64,000 nucleotides of DNA from Octopus sinensis (taxonomy: Eukaryota). This document shows, one piece after another, positions 10,962 through 22,972 of the stretch. The translations under genes were made by a program, and so were the position numbers. The stretch lies in assembly GCF_006345805.1 (NCBI RefSeq), contig NC_043003.1:29078001-29142000 (forward strand), written 5' to 3'. Position 1 is the first letter of the stretch, and each line of letters starts with the position of its first letter. Under the pieces are notes generated by a model, which did not search any database, was not told the DNA's origin, and saw only the letters and a program-made list of their open reading frames with translations.

Positions 10962-11504
10962 TATGTTTATCTTTTATATACAACTACTGTGAATGTTTAA
11001 ACATCTCGCTTAGCTCATCCTTCACCTATAATCATCACTATCAGCCTCTGTTGCCTCTCCCCCATCTCGCCTCTCTCCACCTCTCTCCGCCTTCCCTTCA
11101 CCTTTATCACCTAATTCCCTTCAAATTCATCTCACAATTGACGATTATGAAAGATAATTAACCGTAGATAATCTCCTCGCTAAATTTAGCGTATGAGTAC
11201 GAAGTTAAATCTAATCGTCAATACGTGAGTCAAAAACTAAAAGAATTATATCATCAAGGAGATGGTTGGTGCAGAGGTGAGATAAAATTATTTTGTAAGC
11301 AAGGTTTCATTCTAAATAAAGAATTTAAACTATATATAAACACGCATATATATGATTTCTGTTAATTCAATAGATAGTTTTAAAGGTCAGAAAGTTTTCA
11401 TGACATCATTTTATATGTATATATATACTATCCACACTACTTTTTTAAAATCAAAACAGCCATGGCACTTACGAGATCTTAGAATGTGTATCTGAATCAG
11501 TGTC

Positions 11505-11910
11505 AATGCAGGTATACACACACCACACATACATACACAAATACACACCACACACATAACACACTCGCACATACACACAAATACATACCATACACACGCA
11601 CACACAAGCACACACATACATAAACCACACACATACACACCGCACTCGCGCACATACACATACACACACCACAAACACCACACAAGCGCGCATACACACA
11701 AATACACGCCACACACACCACACACTCGTACATACATGCTCTCGAATACACACGCAAACACCGCGCACACACAAAGAGTCACACACACACCACACACACA
11801 CACATACAAATACACACTACACAAACTCCCACACACGCACCTACATACACACCAAACATACACACGCACACACACACACACACACACATACACACACACC
11901 ACATACACGC
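11505..11910. repeat. Long irregular (CA)-rich low-complexity tract
   Basis: Direct reading. Confidence 0.9.
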
Positions 11911-12070
11911 AAAATTTCTTTCAAACTTAAATCTTTATCACATTATACCTGTTATGAGTTGCCCTATTATCAGTTGTCCTAGATGTCAATTGTCTCGGTT
12001 TGAGTTGTCCTGGTATCAGTTGCTCTAGAACCATATATATATATATATATAATATATATATTATATATAT

Positions 12071-12140
<70 letters not shown>

Positions 12141-12143
<3 letters not shown>

Positions 12144-13260
12144 TTCTCGAGAGTGGCCATGGAGACGAGAATGGGCCCCAACTATGCGAACCTGTTCATT
12201 GGCTACGTTGAGGCCCAAATATTCTCACGATTCACTGGTCACACTCCCGAACTATACGGTCGTTATATTGGTGACTGCATCGGTGTGATCTCACTTTCCC
12301 GCGAACAACTAGACTCCTTCCTCTCTTTGGTCCAAGTCTTTCATTCTGCCTGCGAATTCTTCTGCACTATTTCCAACACTTCCGTCGCATTTATCGACAT
12401 TTCTCTCAGCATACACCACTCCGCTCTCTCTACTTCCATCCACTATTAACACACCGACTCACACTCCTACCTTAACTTCTCCTACTCCCACCCTATCCGC
12501 ACCAAGCTCTCCATCCCCTACTCCCAATTCCTTCGTCTGCGCAGGCTCTGCAGTGACAAACCAAGACTTTAAGACTCAGTCTCAACTCATGCCTCACCAC
12601 TTCATTCTTCGTGGATATCCATTCACCAACATCCACACAGCCCTTGCCAGGGCGCAATCTGTGGGCCGTGCCTCTGCTCCCTTTCCCTGAGCCCGCCCCA
12701 CCGTTACCCATCTCCCGTTTCCACTCTCATACCACCCCTCTAGCCTGCCCCTCCAACGCACTATTCTCTGAGCCTTCCGCGACTCCAGTCGACCTCTCCA
12801 TCTCACACATTTTTCCCAACCTACCTTATCCCTCCTTCCCTAACCCCACCTCACAGCCTAGCTCGTTCTCCTGCTCCTGCCCATGATGCTGTGTCTGACC
12901 CTACCTCTCCATCACTACCATCCTCACAAGCACCCATCATCGTTCCCATCATTTCACCGACTCCTTTACCTACACTTTCAGCAACGTCATTTACTGCATC
13001 TCCTGCTCTTTCTGCCCTTCTCTGTACATTGGTCAAACGGGATGTCGCTTGGCTAACTGGTTCGTGGAGTACCTCCGAGACACAGACTCTGAGTTCGGAT
13101 TGTCTTTGCACAGGAGTCATCCGGTCTCCCGTCTTCGTCGTGAACAGAAATTATCTTTTCCCTTCGCTCCTTTGCGCCACATGGGCTCAACTACCCTCCT
13201 TTCTTCATCTGACACTTCCTCTATTCCCTCCTACCCATCTCTCTTCATTGATACCCACCC
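12141..13260 (+). mobile_element. Penelope-like element: RT C-half plus GIY-YIG endonuclease, decayed and 5'-truncated
   Basis: VAMETRMGPNYANLFIGYVE..GRYIGDC (GVAMG..YIDD), HSYLNFSYSHP..IPYSQFLRLRRLCS, NVIYCISCSFCPSLYIGQTG..EYLRD, EQKL..FAPHGLN. Confidence 0.9.
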
Positions 13261-13497
13261 CCGGCCCCACCCCACACTCTCTCGAACACCCTAACTACCA
13301 CACCACCGCACCACACCACTCCACACACACTAGCACCGACCAATTCCCAGCACTTAAACCACCCACCCACACACAGTCTTCAATAGTGTTAGCACACATA
13401 CCACTACATGAGCAGCCACAGGTTACAGACTCACATACTTACAGAACCACACACGTCAAGGTCACTAGTCCCTATCCAAAAACACAAACTTGTGGGA

Positions 13498-13604
13498 AAA
13501 AATATGACTGAATATCCCATATCGGGGATATTTTTTCCTGTAATATTATTGTATATGACTTGAGATGTTTGCATTACCTTAATATTTGACGTCCGTTTAA
13601 CAAT

Positions 13605-13606
<2 letters not shown>
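13498..13606 (+). mobile_element. pLTR-like repeat family H4 remnant
   Basis: gaatatcccatatcggggata..ttcctgtaatattattgtatatgacttg..tttgacgtccgtttaacaat matches 38996-39118; hammerhead GAAA arm deleted. Confidence 0.7.
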
Positions 13607-13682
<76 letters not shown>

Positions 13683-13781
13683 ATATATATATATATATAT
13701 ATAATATATATAGTGTGTTTATATATATATATATATTATATATATATATATGTATGTGTGTATGTATATATATACACATAC

Positions 13782-13861
<80 letters not shown>

Positions 13862-14053
13862 TATGCATGTATATATACTTCCTCATAACGTAGCGGTTCG
13901 GCCCAGATCCGATAGATTAAGTAACAACACACACACACAAGGGCACGTACTATGATTGTCCCGGATGTCATGCAAAAGTGTGCATAACTTGTCTATTAAC
14001 TGATGCACGTTATTCAAAATGAACGTATTGGTAGAATATGTCTTCCTCCACAG

Positions 14054-14162
14054 GGACTGTTTCACTGCAGTAACTTTTCTTCCTGCTCTTCGTCATTAAT
14101 AGTGATTAACGTCAAGAAATTAGATGCAATTATTGGGAATAATAGTCACATTAATTACACAA
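14054..14162 (+). CDS. Weak candidate host exon (109 nt)
   Basis: Acceptor tcttcctccacag|G and donor A|gtatgt; only frame 0 open (GLFHCSNFSSCSSSLIVINVKKLDAIIGNNSHINYT); no recognised protein. Confidence 0.15.
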
Positions 14163-14785
14163 GTATGTTATGTTTTTGCTATTTTATAAATGTATTGAAA
14201 TATCAATTCTAAGTAGATTTAATTATACATGCGGGAGATGGGGTCATTTTAGGGAGACGTTTACTACTGCGAAGCATAACTGAGAAGCACAAAATGACAC
14301 CATAAAATCGGTAAGGTTCTGTGGTACCATACGTTGTAGGGCTCAGCTGAGTTTATAAAGTAACAAAAATATTTGGGTATTGTTTGACCATGAATAGAAA
14401 ATAGAGTCAGTTTTGTTATATGCTGCTGAAACTTGAACCCTCACCAAAAAACTTGAAAAACAAAAAGAGAAGTGCTACATTAAGCTAAAATGCCCAAATG
14501 ACAACAATGTTCGTCAAATTAAACGCTAAATATTATAGCTTTAGGAATGCATCAACATTTTGTCAACAAACTTTTGAAAGCACCGAATGCGTTTCGTATT
14601 TTTACAAATAAAAAAAGTAATATTTCGAACGCGGTCTAGCCTTGAAAACGGCAGAAAGCTTGGGTATTTTACTGTCATATTCGGTACAAAGCCACATACA
14701 CACACACGCACAAACACTCAACGTATTACCTAGTTATCTGGGCGTACAGCTGGAGATCAAAATATGTAATATATATATATATATG

Positions 14786-14819
<34 letters not shown>

Positions 14820-14863
14820 TGTGTATATATATATGTATGTATATGTATAATATATATATATAG

Positions 14864-14927
<64 letters not shown>

Positions 14928-15516
14928 ACTGAAGAAAAACCATCAAAACTGGATACATCTCCGGAAACGGAAAACAAAGCATAACTTGCAAGACTACCCC
15001 ATGTTGTGTTTGGTCGAAACTGATCTAAGTTATAGTCAAGAGCCTCACCAATCGTCACTTTTACTTGCAAAATCAACCCAGAGACACACATACATACACA
15101 CACATACATGCACGCACACGCAAACACATGCACGCACGCACGCACATACACATGGTTTATCTTAGCTGATCTAATGGCCTGCTACTCAGGAATTTCAGCG
15201 AACTGTTCCCGGATATATGTATATATATATATGTGTATATATATATATATATATATAGTCAAACATGCACACACATAAAACGCTCTCTCTCTCTCTCTCT
15301 CTTGCTCTCTCTCTCATTCTCTCTCGCTCTTTTTCTTTCTCTCTCTTTCTCTCTCACACACGCACACACACATGCACACACATATATACATGGTCCAGTG
15401 GCCTGCTACTTTTGTGTTTCCTCGGACGTATTCCAAATATACACACAAACACTCTCTCCCGCTTTTCCCACTCTATCTCTCTCTCTCTCTCTCTCTCTCA
15501 CTCACTCACTCACTCA

Positions 15517-15572
<56 letters not shown>

Positions 15573-15801
15573 AACACACAGCCACAAATAAACAAATAAA
15601 CAAACCTGTTCGGTAATATGCATTTTACAAAATGTGTAACAAACCATTGTTTCTTTGAAACAGATAAAAATTCATGTAAATCAGATATGAGACGAAAAAA
15701 ATCACATTTATATCTACGTAGAACGAGGCAAATATGACGTGTGACGTATGCGTACTATGTAGCTTTGCGTATATTATATCATAGTATATATTATATATAT
15801 A

Positions 15802-16163
15802 TAATAGTTATCGCCAAGCTAATATGGAAGTCCATAAATATAGGACGAAAGCTGCCGTTGATTAGCTCCAAGAGGCCATCGCCTCTTGCTAGCTATATGA
15901 CACACGAACCTGTGTCCATTATAACCTTCGAACAGGGGAGGTCAGCCGCTTCCCCTTGCTGGTCAGGCATCTGCAGACATGTTTCAGGATATTTGCCCTT
16001 TATGAATGCTGAGTAGCCGAACCCAGCAAGTGTCGCTAATGATCGTCTGTTCAAAGGATTATTTACCTAAATATAGTGGAATACATCCACTGGTTTCCAC
16101 TAATCAACGGTAGCTTTCGTCCTATATTTATGGACTGCCATATTAGCTTGGCGATAACTATTA
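15802..16163 (-). mobile_element. Family H3 element with 64-bp inverted termini and a degenerate hammerhead at 15971-16011
   Basis: Arms 15802-15865 and 16100-16163 reverse-complementary; interior collinear with 40360-40660; CAGCA-TTCATAA-AGGG.CAAATA.TCCT-GAA-ACATGT-C-TGCAG. Confidence 0.8.
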
Positions 16164-16171
16164 CATATATA

Positions 16172-16232
<61 letters not shown>

Positions 16233-16650
16233 TGCATATATACATACACAAAAAGAGAGAGTGTGTCGTGTGCGTGAAAAGCGATGTTGATGACCATAGT
16301 GGCAGCGATGACCACGACATCAACGACGGCAGCCATATAGAAGACGACGACGACGGTGACTTTTAGTTGAGCCATATTTTCCTCTCTAAATAATATTGAA
16401 GAAGAATTTCACCAACGACATCACACCACACTAAGTGGTTCGCACGAGTTTTTTTCTCACTTCAACGTCATTGCCATCTCAAGGACCTATTGTTGCTTTT
16501 TATTGCTTTTTGCTGCTTATTTTTTCACTTTGCATTCGTGAAGGTTTGAAGGAGCATTTTCGTGTATTTGTCAGTATCTGCGGTTTTACTTTTTTATTAG
16601 CTTTGTTTCTTTAATTTCTATTTTCTCCTGTTCATTATCATTATTATTGT

Positions 16651-16972
16651 GAGGGCGCGTGGCTTAGTGGTTAGGGCATTCGGCTCATGATCGTAAGGTT
16701 GTGAGTTCGATTCCCGGCGACGCGTTGTGTCCTTGAGCAAGACACTTTATTTCACGTTGCTCCAGTCCACTCATCTGGCAAAAATTAGTTGTACTTGTAT
16801 TTCAAAGGGTCAGCCTTGTCACTCTCTGTGTCACGCTGATTATCCCCGAGAACTACGTTAGGGTACACGTGTCTGTGGAATGCTCATGCCATCCATTTGC
16901 ACGTTAATTTCACGAGCAAGCTGTTCCGTTAATCGTATCAGCTGGGACCCTCGTCGTCGTAACCGGCGGAGT
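16651..16972 (+). mobile_element. tRNA-derived SINE family C, full length
   Basis: TGGCTTAGTGGTTAGG (A box), GTTCGATTCCC (B box), gtccttgagcaagacacttta..gctccagtccactca, tail ctcgtcgtcgtaaccggcggag; possible TSD tcattattatt. Confidence 0.88.
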
Positions 16973-16998
16973 CTTATTTTAATCATTATTATTATAAA

Positions 16999-17210
16999 GG
17001 CAGCGAGCTGGCAGAATTGTTAGCACACCGAGCAAAATGCTCAGCGCTATTTCGTCTACTGCTACATTCCACCGAGGTCGACTTTGCCTTTCATCCTTTC
17101 GGGGTCGATGAAAGAAGTGCAAGTTGAACACTTGGTGTTGAGGTGGTCGACTTACCCCATCCCCACAAATTTCAGGCCTTGTGCCTATAGTAGAACGGAT
17201 TATTATCGTT
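16999..17210 (+). mobile_element. SINE-B monomer
   Basis: Head, core and ggccttgtgcctatagtagaa tail. Confidence 0.82.
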
Positions 17211-17221
17211 ATTATTACAAA

Positions 17222-17630
17222 GGCGGCGATATGCTTAGCAAGTATTTCGTCTGCCGCTACGTTCTGAGTTCAAATTCCGCCGAGGTCGACTTTGCCATTC
17301 ATCCTTTCGGGATCGATAAATTAAGTACCAGTTACGCACTGGAGTCGATGTAATCGACTTAATTCGTTTGTCTATCCTTGAATGTCCCCTCTATGTTTAG
17401 CCCCTTGTGCGTGGTAAAGAAATAGGTATTTTGTCTATACGTTCTGAGTTCAAAATGCTTAGCTGTATTTCGCCCTTCGCTACGTTCTGAGTTCAAATTC
17501 CGCCGTGGTCGACTTTGTCTTTCATCATTTCGGGGTCAATAAATTAAGTACCAGTTGCATACAGGAGGTCGATATAATTTACTGGCCCTCTTCCCCAAAA
17601 TTACAGGCTTTGTGCCTTTAGTAGAAATGA
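17222..17630 (+). mobile_element. SINE-B multimer
   Basis: Two full cores plus a partial unit, joined at aaagaaata|ggtattt. Confidence 0.85.
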
Positions 17631-17707
17631 TTACTATCGTTATTATTTATGTAATTATTTAGTTTCAAACTCAAAACAATAACCATATTAAAGTCACGTA
17701 AAATATT

Positions 17708-18265
17708 CTTTATTACTCTAGGCACAAGACCCAAAGTTTCTGGGGAGGGGGCCAGTCGATTAGATCGATCCCAGTACGCAACTGCTATCAACCCCGAAAG
17801 GATGAAAGGCAAAGTCGACCTCGGCGAAATTTGAATTCAGAACGTAAAGACAAACGAAATACCTATTTCTTTACTACCCACAAGGGGCTAAACACAGAGA
17901 GGACAAATAAGGGCAGACAAACGGATTAAGTCGATTATATCGACCCTAGTGCGTAACTGGTACTTATTTAATCGACCCAGAAAGGATGAAAGGCAAAGTC
18001 GACCTCAGCGGAACTTGAACTCAGAGCGTAGCGGCAGACCAAATACCTATTTCTTTACTATCCACAACGGGTTAAACACAGAGAGGACAGACAAACGGAT
18101 TAAGTCGATTATATCGACTCCAGAGCGTAACTGGTACTTAATTTATCAACCCCGAATGGATGAAAAGCAAAGTCGACCTCGGCAGAATTTGAACTCAACG
18201 TAAAGGCAGACGAAATACTGCCAAGTATTCGCCCAGAGTGCTAACGTTTCTGCCTGCTCGCCTTG
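17708..18265 (-). mobile_element. SINE-B trimer with 15-bp TSD
   Basis: Three cores; GTCACGTAAAATATT at 17693-17707 and 18266-18280. Confidence 0.92.
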
Positions 18266-18298
18266 GTCACGTAAAATATTGTTGCATAGAAATATTAC

Positions 18299-18370
<72 letters not shown>

Positions 18371-18866
18371 CACACCACACTCACACACATTGTACTAGTA
18401 TGTCTTAAGTACTTTGAGAACGCTATTAGATGTTATTTGTAACCTCTTAACATCTTGTGAATATTAAGTGTTCTGAATTCATCTAAGGTACAGTCAGAAC
18501 TGCTCTTGTTTTCTATTGCCGTGAGAAGTAGTTTTCTTGTATAGGGGAGGGGGTAGTTGGTTTGCATTTTTCTTTTTCTAACCGACTTTTAATTAGATTA
18601 TTAAATATAATGCCAGATTTTACATCATTTCCGGATTAATCCGGAGACAACAACTAAGACTTGTTTAATTTTCCTAAATTGCTATAAATTTTCCATCGCA
18701 ACTGTTAAGCAAACATATGTATCTTTGTTGTGTGCGTACGTATGTGTGTATGTGTATAAATATGAGTGTGTGTTTGGATGTGTGTGTATAAATATGAGTG
18801 TGTATTTCGATGTGTGTGCGTGAATAGAGACACTCACATACATTCACACACACACACACACACACA

Positions 18867-19099
18867 TTCTTTTATTCATTTACTTGTTTCAGTTATTTGA
18901 CTGCGGCCATGCTGGAGCACAGCTGTCATGGTTTTTAGTCGAAAAAATCGACCCTAGGACTTATTCTTTGTAAGCCTATTACTTAACTTATCGGTCCCTT
19001 TTGCCGGACCGCTAATGTCGCGGGGACGTAAACACACCAACGTCGGTTGTCAAGTGGTGATGGGTGGACAAACACAGACACAAAAATACACACACACAT

Positions 19100-19147
<48 letters not shown>

Positions 19148-19188
19148 GTAGGTAGGTAGGTAGGTAGGTAGGTAGGTAGGTAGGTAGG

Positions 19189-19262
<74 letters not shown>

Positions 19263-19337
19263 TGTTTCTTTATTAGCCACACAGGGCTGCACACAGATAG
19301 AACAAATTACAAGGTAGAGCTTTTCTTTTGAAGGTTT

Positions 19338-19395
<58 letters not shown>

Positions 19396-20466
19396 GATAG
19401 ATAGATAGATATACACATACGACGGGCTTCTTTCAGTACATACAAGGATACAAACATACGTACACATACGTACGTACATATATACGTACGTAAGTACATA
19501 CATATATACATATAAAGATACGCACACACACACACATATATACATATATATATAAATAAATATAAGAGAGTGGTCACTATATGGCTCACTCTAGCACCAG
19601 TTAATCCAAAAGGTTTCAACCACAAAAATACATGTTTCCCATGAAAGTCAGTACGATTGTTAGCTCACACGGACAGGGCAAATAAAAAATAACAAAAATA
19701 CAGATTATTTTGGACAATTGTTTCGCTATTAATGAATTAAATGTATTTTACTTACAAAAAATCCACTTGTAGCTCGTCAGCCAAAACTATCTGGATGAAA
19801 TCCACTCAATCACACGCCAGATTTTACCATAACGATAAATACGCGTGTGGTTCAATTGATTACATCCGACGTTATAATTCAAATGCCCACTATTAAATTA
19901 GTATCTAATTCTCTCACCCTTATTAATTAATTATAATTATGCTGCATTTATTTCTAAATGCAGTATTTGTTTTCCGTGAAAGTTTGGCGCGCTGTTAGTT
20001 GGGGCATTTGAATTATAACGTCGGATGTAATCAATTGAACCACACGCGTATTTATCGTTATGGTAAATCTGGCGTGTGATTGAGTGGATTTCATCCAGAT
20101 AGTTTTGGCTGACGAGCTACAAGTGGATTTTTTTTGTAAGTAAAATTACATTTAATTCATTAATAGCGAAACAATTGTCCCAAAATAATCTGTATTTTTG
20201 TTATTTTTTATTTGCCCTGTCCGTGTGAGCTAACAATCGTACTGACTTTCATGGGAAACATGTTTTTTGTGGTTGAAACCTTTTGGATTAACTGGTGCTA
20301 GAGTGAGCCATATAGTGACCACTCTCTTATATTTTTTTGTAAAAATATTATAATATATTATAAAATATTATAATAATCCAGGTTTCTCGGAGCACTAGGC
20401 CACTTGGTGTTGATAGATATACTATTAAATTAGTATCTAATTCTCTCACCCTTATTAATTAATTAC

Positions 20467-20504
<38 letters not shown>

Positions 20505-20636
20505 GACGGGCTTCTTTTAGTTTCCGTCTACCAAATCTACTCACAAGTGTTTTGTCGGCTCCAGGCTTTTGTAGTGGGATTGAACTCGAAAGCATGAGAT
20601 TGAGAAGCAAGCTTTTTACCTCACAGCTACGCCTCC
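18867..20636 (-). mobile_element. SINE-A split by nested insertions (tail 18867-19099, head 20503-20636)
   Basis: Tail and head match 639-1072 in reverse complement; the central microsatellite contains (GATA)n tracts and the fold-back element. Confidence 0.75.
19560..20332. mobile_element. Fold-back element, ~329-bp near-perfect arms, 113-bp spacer
   Basis: 19560-19888 versus 20002-20332 reverse-complementary; termini ATATAAGAGAGTGGTCACTATATGG; TA flanks. Confidence 0.9.
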
Positions 20637-20873
20637 GTATATGTATATACCTACATACATATATACATACAAAGTACGGGGATTTAGTTCACAGAGGATC
20701 TAAACGAGTAGGTACACAAGGTAAGTGCTTGCCAATCTTTAATTTACTCCCTCACTCTCTCTACCTCTCTTTCTATTTTTTTTTTCTTTTTACCATTTAA
20801 TAGCCACTTCCGCTTCCATTCCATTATTGAACGTTCATTGGTTCGCGTCTATTTCTGGATATTTACACTATTA

Positions 20874-21122
20874 CGCTGCCATATTTTATAAACATTTTTT
20901 ATGGCAGAAACGTTAGCACGCCGGGCGAAATGCGTAGCCGTATTTCATCTGTCGTTACGTTCTGAGTTCAAATTCCGCCGAGGTCGTCTTTGCCTTTCAT
21001 CCTTTCGGGGTCGACATATTAAGTACCAGTTACGCACTAGAGTCGATGTAATCGACTTAATCCCTTTGTCTGTCCTTGTTTGTCCCCTCTATGTTTAGCC
21101 CCTTGTGGGCAATAAAGAAATA
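20874..21122 (+). mobile_element. SINE-B monomer with 15-bp TSD and odd 5' segment
   Basis: ATATTTACACTATTA at 20859-20873 and 21123-21137; the first 29 nt start with cgctgcc, the inverted head start. Confidence 0.85.
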
Positions 21123-21498
21123 ATATTTACACTATTAGGACTTTAATCTACATCGATTTACACAGGATTGCACCTAAGGATTTACGGACTTACTTCTACA
21201 TGATCGGAAAGCTGAACTGTGAACTTTTATGGTTCATTTTTCTTCTCTTTCTTCATATCCTTATTCCTTTCTCCTGTCCTCTGTGTCGTCATTTAATTAA
21301 TCTATGCTCTTCTCATTTTCCCTATTTGTCTTCGATGACGGAATAACCCATATTCTGATATATCCCAGAAACAGGTGTAAAACTTTGAATTTTTCCAATA
21401 ATGATAACGTATAAAGTCGAAGAAATAAGTACCGGTCGAACACTGTGATCGATGTAATCAACTTATCCCCTCCTCCAAAATTGCTGCCCTTGTGGTAC

Positions 21499-22013
21499 AA
21501 AGAAGATTGACTCGATGCAAAAGATGGGCTACTGGGAGAGGCTAAAGAAGCTGAATCTCTATTCTCTGGAGAGAAGATCAGAGAGATATGTGATGATATC
21601 TATTTGGAAAATCTTGGAGGGTTTAGCTACCAATTTTGTAATTGACAGCCATGCTAGTCCCTGAATTGGACGGCACTGCATCGTACCAAAGATCCCGTCT
21701 TATCCATCTAAAATATGGACACATACTGCAATAATCTGGGTTCCAAGGGCCTGCAATTGTTCAACATCCTGCAAGGCAACCATAGAGATTTACATGGTAT
21801 TGATGTGGTAGTTTTCAAGGAACGTCTGGACAGGTTTCTATCTGAGATATCAGATAGGTTTCTATCTGAGATACAGATCACAGCAGGAGACACACAAAAA
21901 AGAGTAGCTCCGTCCAACTCACTACTTCACCAAAAATAATGCCGGAAACAAAACCGAGTAACTACAAGTGGTGCACCAGCATGACCTCAACCCTGGGCTG
22001 AAACCAATAAAAG
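21499..22013 (+). mobile_element. CR1-clade LINE 3' end with 3' UTR
   Basis: KKIDSMQKMGYWERLKKLNLYSLERRSERY..IWKILEG..GRHCIVPKIP..YCNNLGSKGLQLFNIL..FKERLDRFLSEI..PSNSLLHQK*; 21-bp internal duplication; tail GGTGCACCAGCATGACC..CTGAAACCAATAAAAGA. Confidence 0.88.
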
Positions 22014-22046
22014 ATATATACATATATATATATTGTAGATAAAAAC

Positions 22047-22128
22047 CCTAACCGTCGTGATTTGAACTAACGCAGAGAGACCCCACAGGATTAGCAGTCC
22101 ACTGCCTTAACCACTCGGACACCTCGTC
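22047..22128 (-). pseudogene. tRNA-Ser(GCT) pseudogene
   Basis: GACGAGGTGTCCGAGTGGTTAAGGCAGTGGACTGCTAATCC..long variable arm..GTTCAAATC; the 3' acceptor strand no longer pairs with the 5' end. Confidence 0.8.
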
Positions 22129-22147
22129 TTCTTGTAGCAAGTGCATG

Positions 22148-22218
<71 letters not shown>

Positions 22219-22352
22219 ATATGTATGTATGTATGTATGTATGCATGTATGTATGTCTACATAAATAAGTATATGTGTATATGCATGCATACCTGTACAA
22301 ATGTATACATACTATCTATATGTATGCACACACATGCATACATATAGACAAA

Positions 22353-22553
22353 CAGGTTGTCCCAAAAGTTCCCAACAGTGTCAAAGATATATAATATTTC
22401 ATTGTTAAAATATTTCAAGTAAATTTTAATTAAATTTCTATCACCAAAGGGTTTCAAAATCTAATTATCTTTAATCTAATTAATTTTGAATATTTTAACA
22501 CTAAGAAATGTTATTAGATTTTTTATATTCCTCGGGGCTTTTGGGACATCCTA
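22353..22553. mobile_element. Tc1/mariner-type MITE
   Basis: TIRs caggttgtcccaaaagttccc and ggggcttttgggacatcct; TA at the right flank. Confidence 0.72.
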
Positions 22554-22754
22554 TATACATACATACTCACACACACACAAACACACACACACATACATAC
22601 ATACATACATACATTTGTGAGTGTGTGTGTGTATGAGAGAGAGAGAGAGAGAATGTATAAGAGTGAGTGTGTATGTATATGTGTATGTGTGTGTGTATGT
22701 ATATATTTATATATATATATATATACATTATGTATATGTATATATATATATATC

Positions 22755-22785
<31 letters not shown>

Positions 22786-22909
22786 TATGTATATATATAT
22801 ATATATATATGTTTCTGTGTGTGTTGTGTTTGTACATATATACATGCATACATGCATACATACACGCATACATACATAAGTATATACTTATATGCATACA
22901 TATATATAT

Positions 22910-22972
<63 letters not shown>

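Noticed and set aside
16651-16730. SINE heads (also 60923, 639, 7427) as tRNA genes
   Set aside because: A/B boxes only; no complete cloverleaf, and each continues into a SINE body.
20109-20140. CTGACGAG in the fold-back arm as a hammerhead
   Set aside because: No stem II closing onto GAAA.
20685-20726. Perfect donor CAAG|GTAAGT as an exon end
   Set aside because: No pyrimidine-rich acceptor upstream; adjacent to a SINE head.
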